A stretch of DNA of 62,092 nt, filler included, from Porpidia crustulata (lineage: Eukaryota), in the NCBI GenBank assembly GCA_964255105.1. It is 6 parts of 6 records of this genome, joined end to end, with 100 filler letters (N's around TTAATTAATTAA, not from the genome) between each part and the next. Parts side by side here need not be neighbours in the genome. Positions count along the whole stretch, not along the records: positions 20,740 to 31,004 come from CAXUWE010000801.1; positions 31,105 to 41,368 come from CAXUWE010000802.1; 4 more parts are not named here. One strand, given 5' to 3'. The notes below the pieces were generated by a model. The model had not been told where the DNA came from and ran no database searches. It worked only from the letters and a program-made list of their open reading frames with translations. This document shows positions 25,064-36,462 of the stretch, one piece after another (position 1 is the stretch's first letter; each line of letters opens with the position of its first letter). The position numbers and the translations under genes are program-made.

Positions 25064-26769
25064 TTATACGGAGGCAGTTTCCTGTTCAATAGTAGGTTCT
25101 CCAGGGAACAATTTCTTCCACCTCATTAGGGTAGAGCATAGCACCTCCAACGCGCCAGCGAAAATGACAAGGATAAAAGTCCGCTGCATGGCACCTGTAA
25201 CGGCCTCGAGAGCTGCTATCTTCAAATCGCCGCTGAGTGACTTGAACAGTACACTCTGAGCTCCTGCAACGGCGTTCTGAAGCTCTCTCTGGCTGAAACC
25301 TTGACCCACCAGCACGGACGTCAAGTTGTTGACTGCGACGGACTGGAACACGCGTCCGGCAATGACCAAGCAAAGCACCTGAGATCTAATCTGGCTGACA
25401 TTCTGGAGGGTGAGACTGTTCATAGCGTCCGCTGGCTGGACCTTCAGAGATGCTACCATATATCCCATTTTTATGGCGGAGCCAATGCTGACTGTTATGT
25501 TGATGCTAAAGCCATATATGTTCGCTACCGGCGTGGATGGTTTTAGCTAGGCATAAAACAGGGAACCGGATATCGTGAGAAGAATGCCTGAGACCAAGCA
25601 GAAAGTCGCATAGACGTTGATCTTCGGCAACGCCCAGCCAGAGGCTAAAGTGAGTGCAATCGAAATGAGCAAGAGCGAAAGGAGTCGCACAGCGGCAATC
25701 AGCGGTGTATCATTGTTGACGAACTGGAAGTATACAGGGATGTAGAATGTCGTGACGTACATGGCCGTAATGGTACAAGACGTGGTGATGTATGTTAGTA
25801 CCTGAGTTCGAGATTTGAGGAGATGACCGGGGAAAGATCTGTCGGCAGGTGTGGTGAAGATGCAAAAGTACTGCTGCACAGCGTAAAGCACAAACAAGGC
25901 AGCGAAGACGACGATGGTGGCGATGGTTCTGCCGTCGTTCCATGGCCAGATGCCACCAGCTGAGACGAACGCCAATGAGACAGCAACCCAAATCCCACAA
26001 CTCAGTATTGAGCCGATCCAATTGACATGAATTAGTCTCTCGCGGACCGAAATGCCTTTGGGAGGTTGAATGGCGAGTAGGTAGAAGAGGTAGACGGGAG
26101 CGGAGACGGCGCCGATTATCAAGTTGATGCAAAATCCCCACCGCCATGTCGCGGAACTGAGTGAAAAGCCACCACCCACGACTGGGCCGAGAATGGTACC
26201 GAGACCCCAGCAAAAGCTGAGGCCTGAGATATAGGTGCCTCTCCCCTCTCGTGTGAACAAGGTCGAGATATGATTTAAGCCATCGAGGTAGATTTCGGTT
26301 CCGCCTGCATCAGTGATGACCAGTTCAACGATGAGCGCATTTATGATCGGTGCTGCTTCACAGAGGGCGGAATCCGCTTGGAACAGAACGATTTCGTCGA
26401 TGTATAGTCATTTGATGCTGAATTTATCGAAAAACGCATTGTACGGCAGGATGATTGTCATCGAGTCGAGAGAACATTCCGCTTCAATTCACGGAAGCTG
26501 CGGTACATTCTGAAACGTTTGTGTCACGACTGCTTGAACATCGATCGCGATGATCGTGTCGAGATCGTATATCAAGCATGAAACGTAAAGCTCGACGTAG
26601 ACGAGAACCCATCGAACACCGGTGATCTTGCGGATATTGTCTTCGAGCGCACTTGCATCGTCATAAACCCATTCTTGGCGGGTCTCGTGGAGGGAGGCGG
26701 AGTGTCTTGCTCGGTTTGAGCCTCGCCGTTGAGAGCGTTCTTCTCAGCGATGATATCTTATTTCGACAT
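25064..26769 (-). pseudogene. MFS drug/toxin efflux pump (DHA2 type) pseudogene
   Basis: GTILGPVVGGGFS..ATWRWGFCINL and FYIPVYFQF motifs. In-frame stops at 26491-26489, 26410-26408 and 25549-25547, a stop right after the putative ATG at 26769, and a frameshift near 26660-26700. Confidence 0.9.
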
Positions 26770-27428
26770 CGCGGCGTTTGAATTCATCAAGCGGAAGGAC
26801 AAAGACGAGGGCAAAAAAGAATGACGACGATGATGAAATGCCTGTATTGAGCATCTACGACGATGATGTTGCCATCTTACAGCGTACAAACAACAAACAA
26901 TATTGCACACTTTGGTCGAACTTGCGAACGACTTTTATTGGCGCACCAGCCTCAAAGAAAGATTGATAACAGACGAATTAATAATGAATGCATGACTAAT
27001 ACACGAATCACCAATTGGCGAATCACTAACTGACAAATCATCAAGGTACGTGATAATAAAGATAAAGAAGGTCTGGTCCTCATTTGGCTGTCTAGCAAAC
27101 CCCACGCCTATTGGCTCCCCCAGTTATACCACCCGCTCGCATGTACATAAATCAGGGACAAGAATTACCCGAGTGGTCGAAGTCGACACCGTCATCCCCA
27201 CAATCTTCAGCCTTACCGGCCCTCACCGTTTACCGTACAGTATCTGGATCCGGGTGATCCCGATCCGGGAACGCTAAACTTTACCCAAGTCCGCGGAACC
27301 ACCATCACCTAGGGACACATGTTTACCCGGGTTAGGAAGCCACGGGCTAGGGGGGCGCACCTACCCCAATTGCATCACCAAAAGACGAAATACAAAGTCG
27401 TGAGACTTAGTCCATGTGCTACTAGATA

Positions 27429-27554
27429 CTCGTATTCACCCCTTAACGGAACACACCTCTCGAGGGACCAACGAGGCCCAAGCTATTGAAATAACCCTAA
27501 CCCTGGGAATAATGATCCGTTGAGGGGTGTGTTCCGTTAAGGGGTGACAGCGAG
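27429..27554. mobile_element. 126-bp MITE (Tc1/mariner-pogo type, TA-flanked), diverged copy
   Basis: TA|CTCGtattcaccccttaacggaacacac...gtgtgttccgttaaggggtgacagCGAG|TA; about 40-bp imperfect TIRs; core contains taaccctaaccct. Inverted relative to the copy at 52003. Confidence 0.88.
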
Positions 27555-28035
27555 TACGTACACCGTAGGTAAGGCCCTAACGGTCTCTTTTCATTAGTAA
27601 ACCTTTGATTTTTAACAATAAATGTGTTTTAAAAGAATAACATAAATTAGATTGTAAACATATTGATGATTTACATTATAAATCAAATATTATTATGCTA
27701 CAAACAGAGTTGCAAATTTGAAAGTAGATTGTTTTAGGACAATCGCGGTTATGCGAGTCCCTAGCGAATTGAACGTGTCCTCGGTGATGAACGTTGTTCC
27801 ATTAGAAGGAACCGTCGTTTTAGACTCAGCGATTACAAATTACATGATTGATGAGCATCAGAGAGAACACTAATATTTCTAAGCATATTACGTCATTAAA
27901 TGTAGCATCGGTTTCTATCTATATCGAGACAATGTCCAGGATCTCGAAAAACATTGTAGGATGTCGCTTTGATACAAGCTTTCTTCAATCACGTCCTTCT
28001 GTCTTATTTCTATTTCTACCGGATTACTAGCCACC

Positions 28036-29499
28036 ATGGTCCCAATCCGTGTCGCCATCGTTGGCTTGTCCGCAAATGCCACTACAGACTGGGCTTCCCG
28101 CGCCCACCTACCTTATTTCCTCTCACCGATTGGAAGGGATCGATTCCAGATCGTTGCGCTTTTGAATTCCGACGTATCGGCCGCAAAGAGGTCAATCAAA
28201 ATGTTCAACCTTCCGCCAAAGACTCGAGCGTATGGGTCGCCCGAGGATCTCGCCGCAGATCCTGATGTCCAGCTGGTAGTCTGCTCTACACGTGTTGACA
28301 AGCACTACGACACCAGTCTTCCCAGTGTGAAGGCCGGGAAGGACGTCTTTATTGAGTGGCCGCTGGCCGAGAATGCGGTCAGGGCTGGTGAGCTGGCGAA
28401 AGCTGCGAAAGAGGCAGGTGGAAAAACTTTGGTTGGATTACAGGTGGGCCTTTCTCACGCATAAACTCGATCCAGTATGAGGTCAAGCTAACGACATCAC
28501 AAGGGGTGGTAGTAAGCAATTTTTCGGCGTTATTTATTACCCCAGATCACCCTACGTAAAGGGCTCTTCCTATCTAGCTCAGCCTTAGGGGTCTCCAATC
28601 TCGAGACATTGTTCAAGACTCATACTCCTCCCCGGAGATGGCGATCACTGACTCTATTGTAGTATACCCACGACATTGAAGCTCAAAGAGATCATTGCGA
28701 GTGGACGGATCGGAAAGGTTCTAAGCAGCGAATTTTACGCTGCACGCTGGATTTCTGATCAATCAGTGTCTAGTGCATTGAAATACTTCTTTGAAAGAAA
28801 AGTAGGCGGGAATTTTGTCACCATTGGGTTTGGCCATGGTGAGCCCACGACTACGAGTAATTCCAGATGACCAATTTGACTAATCCGATAACAGTCTTCG
28901 ATTGGGTACAAAACGTTCTAGGTGACGTGCATAATATCCAGTCTCGTCTTCAGCTTCAACGGCCCAAAATAAAGGTCCTGGATCCATATTTCGGAAGGTC
29001 CACTAATACAATCCAATCGGATGTCCCAGATGTAATATACGTGACTGGAACTCTACCCGGATCGGAACACATTGTGAAGGACGCAACAATACACATGAGA
29101 TTCCGACGAGCCCCAGCTTTTTTGGGCGAACCAGCCTTGGTTTGGACGATCTTGGGCGAAAAGGGGGAGATACGTCTCACTGCCGCTTACGACACGATGC
29201 TTCAAGTCAGCCAACTAGGGGACGTGACGATTGAAATAGATGACCATGAGAAACGCGAGATTGAACGTGTGGACTTCAAATGGGATGCGTTTTCGGAGCT
29301 TCCACTCCTTTCGAGAAGTTATGGTTCTCTTTACGAGGCGTACGCCACCGGCGCCGTTGGAAAGTATGCGGACTTCGATCATGGTCTGAAGAGACATACT
29401 CAGCTGGATGGGCTTTTCGCAAGCTGGGACGTGTCCAGAGATGGCGATCATCAGAACGGCGGGGCAGACAAACCGCGTTCAATTCACGAGGAATTATGA
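28036..29499 (+). CDS. Gfo/Idh/MocA-family NAD(P)-dependent oxidoreductase (Gal80-like)
   Basis: IRVAIVGLS...WASRAHLPY...DPDVQLVVCSTRVDKH...GKDVFIEWPLA. Exons 28036-28443, 28504-28511, 28663-28838, 28895-29499 give an open frame. Confidence 0.9.
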
Positions 29500-30080
29500 T
29501 GGATTACTTGATCGTATTTACCTACACCCAATCAATTACGTGTTGCATACGTCTGGGATAAATATAGGCACTTGATGTCGCAGAGACTTCGCTCCCTTGT
29601 CGGAGAACGAAAAGTGTAGAACTTACAAATATGCTCAGAACTTATCTTAAACGGATCAGCTCCAGAGACTGAGCATTAGAAGTTTGTTTCTGAGGACACA
29701 CCTTTCGATATCATTTTCAGAAAGGGTATTCCCTTGTCGCTGTTGTTAACGCAGATAATTAAGAAGTTTTGAATGCGGGCTCAAATTTGATTAAAGCGGA
29801 TCTAGTATAATCAACACTGCTATAGAAAGCGGTCCTGAAGACATGTAGTAGGCGGGAGCCGACAACGAACAGAACTATTGCCGAGATACCCTACATCTCC
29901 TAACGAACTGAAGGAATTCGATGATCTCAAGGGTGAGCCTGTCGACTTCCCTTGCCGTATTCATCCTGAGATTTCTGTTGCCAAGCGGACGCAATCAAAG
30001 ATCAGATGGGTCTTTCAACAAGAAGGCTCTGGACCTCCTCGAGTTGCACCATATTGTCCTAGGTCATGATTGACCAGTGA

Positions 30081-30960
30081 TCTGCTCCCAAAGGCTGCTT
30101 CAAGCGGTGACCTTAAACGTGTAAAGAGGATGCTAGCATCGGAAGAACACATCGAGTCCTAGGGTCCTCAATCCTAGACTGAGATACTCAGTATGCGCCG
30201 ATATTACAAAATTAATACTATGCAAAGGCACACTTACACTGAGACCACGGCTCTGTATAGAGCAACACATGCTGGCTGCTTTGACATTGCGATGGTCGCG
30301 TTAGCTATCTGATCCTGGTCGATGTAATTAATAATGGCTATGATAAGATGGCGAGATAGCTCCTCGAGCCTAAATCGAAAATGGAAGCATTCGATTCGAC
30401 CACTGTCATGCACATTGCTAGCAGCCGTCCTAAAGGCCATCGTGCGACTTTTGCCAGACTATGGTGCGCACGTCGATGCAAAAAATCACCTGAATCAAAT
30501 ACCGCTTTACCTTGATAGCTTTGGCGTCTTTGCTAGAATCGTGAAAGTGCTGTTTGAGGAGGGGATACGAAATGGTAGAATCACCTTGAAAGGACACAGT
30601 GCACTTTAGAAAGCTAACAAAAATAGTCAAGATGATATCTTTGAGCTTTTGATCCGATACGGCGCAGACCCTGCCGAGGGACGTGGATGTTTTCAAAAGA
30701 CAAATGATTCACAAGACAGCCTGATATGAAAACCTGAAGTCGATGAAACTTTTGCTAAATTGTGAAACTGATGTCAACATTCGAAATAACAAGAACATGG
30801 AATCATCCAAGGATATCAGGCAGAATGTCTTTCGCGGCTTCGTGACTAACCTGTTTAAAGAAAACGCCATCATGAACGCCTGGGGCAGAACAGCACCCCA
30901 TGTAGTAGTATATCAAGATTATGATGAGATGGTGCAATTACTGCTTCTAGCTTGTTACGA
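30081..30960 (+). pseudogene. Ankyrin-repeat protein pseudogene
   Basis: Fragments LLPKAASSGDLKRVKRML, ETTALYRATHAGCFDIA, IVRLLPDYGAHVDAKNHLNQIPLYL, LLLNCETDVNIRN, NAWGRTAPHVVVYQDYDEMVQLLL in shifting frames with stops. Confidence 0.75.
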
Positions 30961-31004
30961 TCAGACCTTCCCCAACATCCCCAGCAGCCCACCGGATCAA
31001 GGTG

Positions 31005-31104
31005 NNNNNNNNNNNNNNNNNNNNNNNNNNNNNNNNNNNNNNNNNNNNTTAATTAATTAANNNNNNNNNNNNNNNNNNNNNNNNNNNNNNNNNNNNNNNN
31101 NNNN
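31005..31104. other. Artificial contig spacer
   Basis: N44-TTAATTAATTAA-N44. Confidence 0.99.
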
Positions 31105-31854
31105 GGTTTGTGTGTTGGAATTGGCTGTTGGTGTAGGCGTTTGCTAACAAAAAAGTTTTTTTTCTTCACCGTTGGTGGCCGAGTCTTTGGGGTGGAATGA
31201 TTGCATGAGATGCAGTTTCAAAACATCTTCACTTGTGGACTCGTTCAAGTAAATTATTCCGCTCCCTAAAATACAAAACCGACGATGCTGTTCCTCCATC
31301 ATAAAAGTCTATCTGGCGGTTTTTTCCGGTGGTTTTTTTTTTTTCTTTGTACAAGATAGCTCGCAGTCCGGCTGCAGGAGGATACATGTTTGCGAGATAT
31401 TGACAATGTGACCACCCAGGAAGCAGAACTCATGTGGAATACGAGGGACATCGGAAGGGTTGCAGTTGGGGTGTCCGAGCCGTGAGTGAGGGTGTTGTGT
31501 AGCACCTGCTGCTTTTCTTCTGTCCCTCCTCGTGTTCCTCATGTCTCCATCACCATTTTGTGGAACACGCCAGCATACTCCCCGGAGACCTATTTCCGCG
31601 GAAATCATTATCAGACCCAATTAGCAATCCCTAGCAAATACAAAAAGACTCGCGCGTCTTACAACATCCAGGTCGGCCCTCGAAACACCAAATCAACCGT
31701 TGCAAAGCCAATGTATCAAATACTTGATTGATGATTAATAGTGACGGTCCACTTGGTCGCAATGGCTGCCATCCACCAGTCGAGGTTGAATCAGCGCAAT
31801 TACTTCGCAGAATTTGACCGCTTTGATGGTAGTGTCATAGACCGAGAAAGACAA

Positions 31855-33753
31855 TCAATGCAACATATCCCCAATCTCGACCCTCCTCCTCTTCTTCTTC
31901 CTACCACTAACCGGGCTCCCCTTAGCTGGGCTTTGCTTGCCACTGGATGGGTGACTGCGCCCCCCTGATGAATGCCTCGGCTCACTTCTGACATCGCCCT
32001 CTGCGGTACGGATGGGCGGCAGCTGCAGGTGGCGTAGACTGTCTCGTGGAGTGCGCGTTTGAGGGGCGGTTGACGGCTCAGAGCCAGCGCTGGTCTTGGT
32101 GGGGCCATACGGTAGTGTTGATGATCGTGGCGGGGAGCGTTGACGGTATTGCGCAAGCCCACCGAGAGGGTGCGAGGGTTGTATATGGGACGGTTGCATT
32201 AGGAGGGAACGCTGGTCCGGGATTGTGGAAGAAAGATGCGAGGTATAGGACAAGGGCTGATGTGCATGGCGCTCTAGGGATGGTGAACGAGCACCTTGGG
32301 CCGAAGAAGGAGAGGGAAGCTGCGACGTGCGTATGTTATGGCTTGTCCGTGGTGACGGGAAGGACTTTAAACCACCAGTGTTCTGGACTAGAGTTAGGAC
32401 GACGAAATAGGCTCCGGTTCGGGCAAGTGAAACGGTTATGGGGAATCCTCGAGATTGGCCGTCAGAGGCACGGAACATCCAGTATTCGGATCGCGTCCGA
32501 AATCCAGCAGTGGCGTGTGCAATATCGAGCTCCTCGATAGCAGGCATGGTAATGCGAGCATCGCGGCTACCGTGCAAGGGAGGTAGGTGAGCGGCGTCTA
32601 AAAGCTCTGCTCTGAGAACAGTCTGTAGCCGTTGGATCTTCTCCCTTTCGGATGGGATCTCAAGGTCTGTCAGAGCGTGACCCTCGGCGGTATACGACAG
32701 CGACAGTGCATCAGCGAATGCATAGTTATGTTGTGCAACCACAAATTCTGGGGTAAGGAGAACAGTGGGGATACTCTCGGATAGGTAAGATGCCGTGGGT
32801 GAGAGTGGGAGTCGGGCGGATCCCTGGAATTGCTGTTGATGAGGAAAGGTAGCTTCCGAGGTCCTGGGCCGTTGACTGCCGTAAGATGTTTCAGGCTGCG
32901 AGCGCAGCTCTCGGTAAGACTTTGATCTGCGTCTCCCTGGTTGGGGGATTGAAAGTACACCCGCTCGGTTAGGGTAATGTTCTGCATGAGAGTAATCTGT
33001 CCCAAACGCGACTTCGCGGACATTCTCTTCTTCTCGAAGTCGTGGTCTACCTCGTTTTTTATGCTGGACGTCAACGCATGTTGCCTGGAAAGAGTCAATC
33101 GTTATGATTTCATCAAGGTTTAGGATTCTTACTTCTTTGCCAGTTTGAACGCATCTGTTACACGGTCTTCGAGTTTCACAAGCCAGATGCTTCCGTTTGC
33201 AATTTACACATGCCGAGGGTACATGTGCTTTGGCTCTCCGAGCAACGCCAGGAGCGCCTGGTGTAAGCTGGAGCAGCTCTGGTGAATCCTGATTGATCGA
33301 AGACTGCTCGTCATGAGATGCTCCGCGCACTGGGTGGGATGTGCTGCTCTGGTGCAACGACGTCCTGACGCCCGGGCTCGCTACAGGCGTCTGTACTTGC
33401 CCCACTGGTCGCGACTGCGCACTAAGCCCCGTTCGCACGCTTTCAGAAATCTGTTTGCTGGAGTATGGAGGAGCTGAGGTGGGGGATAAAGTCTGTTCAC
33501 GACGATTCTTGTGGTGTATATGATGTGCATCTCCAAATTGCGAGTGCCCTGGAGAAACTGACATCGGCGGAGTCAAATACTTGCCTTGTCCTGAAGTATC
33601 CCCGGGGTCGCGAAGTGGCGGTAGATGGATGGACAGCGCCTGACAATTCAAGATGCACTGGGGTGACGATACCATTATTTGGTGACCTCGACTTCTAGAA
33701 TCGTTGCCGGATTGCATTGGTAACGTTGCGCGATAATTGGCGAGCGATACCAT
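31855..33753 (-). CDS. Zn(II)2Cys6 transcription factor with a possible PAS-like central region
   Basis: AHVPSACVNCKRKHLACETRRPCNRCVQTGKE/ATCVDVQHKKRGRPRL with a 48-nt intron at 33132-33085. Start codon uncertain. Confidence 0.85.
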   Translation of the reverse strand: MVSLANYRATLPMQSGNDSRSRGHQIMVSSPQCILNCQALSIHLPPLRDPGDTSGQGKYLTPPMSVSPGHSQFGDAHHIHHKNRREQTLSPTSAPPYSSKQISESVRTGLSAQSRPVGQVQTPVASPGVRTSLHQSSTSHPVRGASHDEQSSINQDSPELLQLTPGAPGVARRAKAHVPSACVNCKRKHLACETRRPCNRCVQTGKEVRILNLDEIITIDSFQATCVDVQHKKRGRPRLREEENVREVAFGTDYSHAEHYPNRAGVLSIPQPGRRRSKSYRELRSQPETSYGSQRPRTSEATFPHQQQFQGSARLPLSPTASYLSESIPTVLLTPEFVVAQHNYAFADALSLSYTAEGHALTDLEIPSEREKIQRLQTVLRAELLDAAHLPPLHGSRDARITMPAIEELDIAHATAGFRTRSEYWMFRASDGQSRGFPITVSLARTGAYFVVLTLVQNTGGLKSFPSPRTSHNIRTSQLPSPSSAQGARSPSLERHAHQPLSYTSHLSSTIPDQRSLLMQPSHIQPSHPLGGLAQYRQRSPPRSSTLPYGPTKTSAGSEPSTAPQTRTPRDSLRHLQLPPIRTAEGDVRSEPRHSSGGRSHPSSGKQSPAKGSPVSGRKKKRRRVEIGDMLH

Positions 33754-36462
33754 GAATCCAATCAAGAATCTGCTGGTGCGGTCAAGGTTAATAAGGTAAA
33801 GCCAAGCGATCAACACCAGACTTCTCGTGAGCGATTTGATCTCTTGTTGATGTTCTGGGCTTGAAAAGCAAAGGAATCGAATTCCAAGATTAACTCTGGA
33901 ATGCGGCAACGATCTAAGCTGACCAGGCGAATATGAGCAGATAAGAAACGATCTTATAGCGTAAGGAAGACGAATAGGATTTGCGATATATTGGAAAACA
34001 TCAAAGAAGAAGACGTAGATTTAAGTAAGCTCAATATAAGCACGCCACACTTGTTGTTGACATGATTTGAGCTCCCTCGCGTACCGCTAAATTTCATATC
34101 ATAAACAAGACTCCACAATTAAATCTGTCAAAGCACAACCGCTCTCATAAAATTGAACAGCTTTGGATTCCTTTGGTACAGGGTCAGACTGGTAAAGGAA
34201 CCGAAAGATTTCCGCTCAGGCGCAATGAGTTCGTCCAAGGACGAAGCTCAAAGGGTTGGAATTTCGCGCAGCAATCGCAAAATTGTGTGAACTGAATGCC
34301 CGAGATCCAGGAGGACAAATAGGACTTTGCTGCATATTTCTTTTTCGTGGTGAAAAGTCTGTGTCATTAGCCACATTGTAGGGCTGGAAGGATGTTTCAA
34401 TAGGCGTATGGGAGTTTGGTGTACCAATTTTCGGACATATTTTCGTAACCCTGCGGCAAAGCATCACAGAGGGAGTTTTGCCGCCCGGGGGCATGGCCGA
34501 GGGAGTCTGAGATATTGATCAATTATCGTTCTAGCTATGCTTGCATTGTCCAAGCCTCAGCAGTATTCAATCAGAGATCCTGGCTGTACAAGTTGGCCGC
34601 ACCGCAGAAGCACGATCCTTCTTCACCCCAGAGCCTCATTGTTCTATTTTTGCACATTTCTTCTTTCGCTAAGAGAATTAGCATCGTCGATGTAGTCGAG
34701 CAGAACGACGGTTGAAAGGTAGTCCATGGGTAACCTTCGCCCGCTAGTCGTCACCCCATACGCCTAAGCGCTAATCGTGTCTCGCATATCGACCACGCGA
34801 CATCCACCTGTTTTTCGTAATGTTATAGAGCACTAGAATACTCTGCTCAGCAAGAGACAAGGGGCTGCGGTTGGATACGTCTTTCTGTACGACGGAGGGA
34901 CGTGAAATCTGGTACAATGCAGAAGCCTGAAGATAACGCTGAACTGAATGCAAGATGAGTCAGGGCGCGCACGCTGTGTAGAAGAGATATCCCCCTACTG
35001 TACCACTATGTCATTCCTTTGAGGTAGGGTTGCCTGAAGAAGTTGCTGTTGGTGAGCGCGCTAAAACCTTGACACTTATGAAACGGAGAGCCGCACCAGC
35101 TTTTGTGGTGCGCTTATAGGACTCGAGTCGTTTCAGACTTCCAATAATTGGTTATAAATGGATTCCAACATACTGCAACCGGTGAGTGAAACTTCGAAGA
35201 AGACCTAAGGACGTATGTATGAGCTTCGCTTGTGAAAGTAACCGCTAAGCTTTGACTACAAATAAAACCCTCTCTATTCTTGTTGAACCCGGCAGGCACG
35301 AAAAACGTGCGGCTCCATGTTTGGTGCCCCGAGTGTTCCTTCATTTTGGCTGCGAAGTCGATGCTGCAGCGAAATCGTGCTCCTTGACTTCTTGAGCGCA
35401 ACACATAATTCAGATCTGAGATCTCGTGTGGGAATGCAGATTGGTCATTTATTCTCCGTGGGGGATGAAACTACAAGTTGCCTCTCCGCTCTCCGAATGC
35501 GTGCCAGCAAATTCTCCGGCCATAGCGGCGGGAAGCTTTGCTGCCTCTTACATGCAACATTGCTGACGGTTTTCCGTTGCTCTCTGCTGCGGAGAAATTC
35601 GGCGGCGGTGTTAAACATTGAAACTGGCCGAAAGGGTTATCGCGCCACATAAGTGCTGTACCTACCTTAGTTGGCAAACAGAAGAATCTATCGAATCTTC
35701 GTCCTGTCGGGTTGACCACCCACTCAGCCGGTCAGCATCGAGATTGAACTCAGATTTAGATCGTGCTGGTCGTTACCTAGGAACAATGTACATAAGCGTC
35801 CCTGGTGATCATCAACGCTTGGAGCAGGAACGAATCTAAATAAAGTATATCTTGCAAGCTTGGCCAACCGATGTCGAACAGCACCGATAGAATGACTTTT
35901 CGTTGCATAAGTAAGTTTGAGAATATGTGTCTCTGAGCTGGCTCGAGGCACCTGAAGGCAATCTACCAGTATCTGCAGCATCTCTATGGCTATGAGGTCC
36001 GTGATGCTGTAGTCTTACGCACCTCTAGGGCTGCGTTTCATAACGAGGCAATATCCACCTTGCGAATTCTTTGTTCCTTCCGGCGACCCTGTCTTTTCCC
36101 AACCCACAGAAGCGCAAAGGCTCCAAGACCTTGTACGCCCATCGTACCTTGTGAACTCCATCTAATGAGGCAGATTTACGACTCTTGAGTACCAGCCGCT
36201 TGGCACATCATTGAGCGCTTCCTTTGAATGATTCAGAAAAGGAAGTATTATTCAGCGCTTGCAGTATTATTAAGACGAAAGTTGGCCATATAAATTGGAG
36301 CAGTAGCGCGTTTCTCTGGATTTGAACCAAGTGAGAAGTACCGGTTTCAGCTCTTACAAAGCACGAGACATCGTGGCTTGTCAATCGTCGATGAAGATGA
36401 AGTTGCCCGAGATTCAAAGATGCACCTTGAGAACAGGTTCCAGTAAGGCCTTGGAAATGCCT

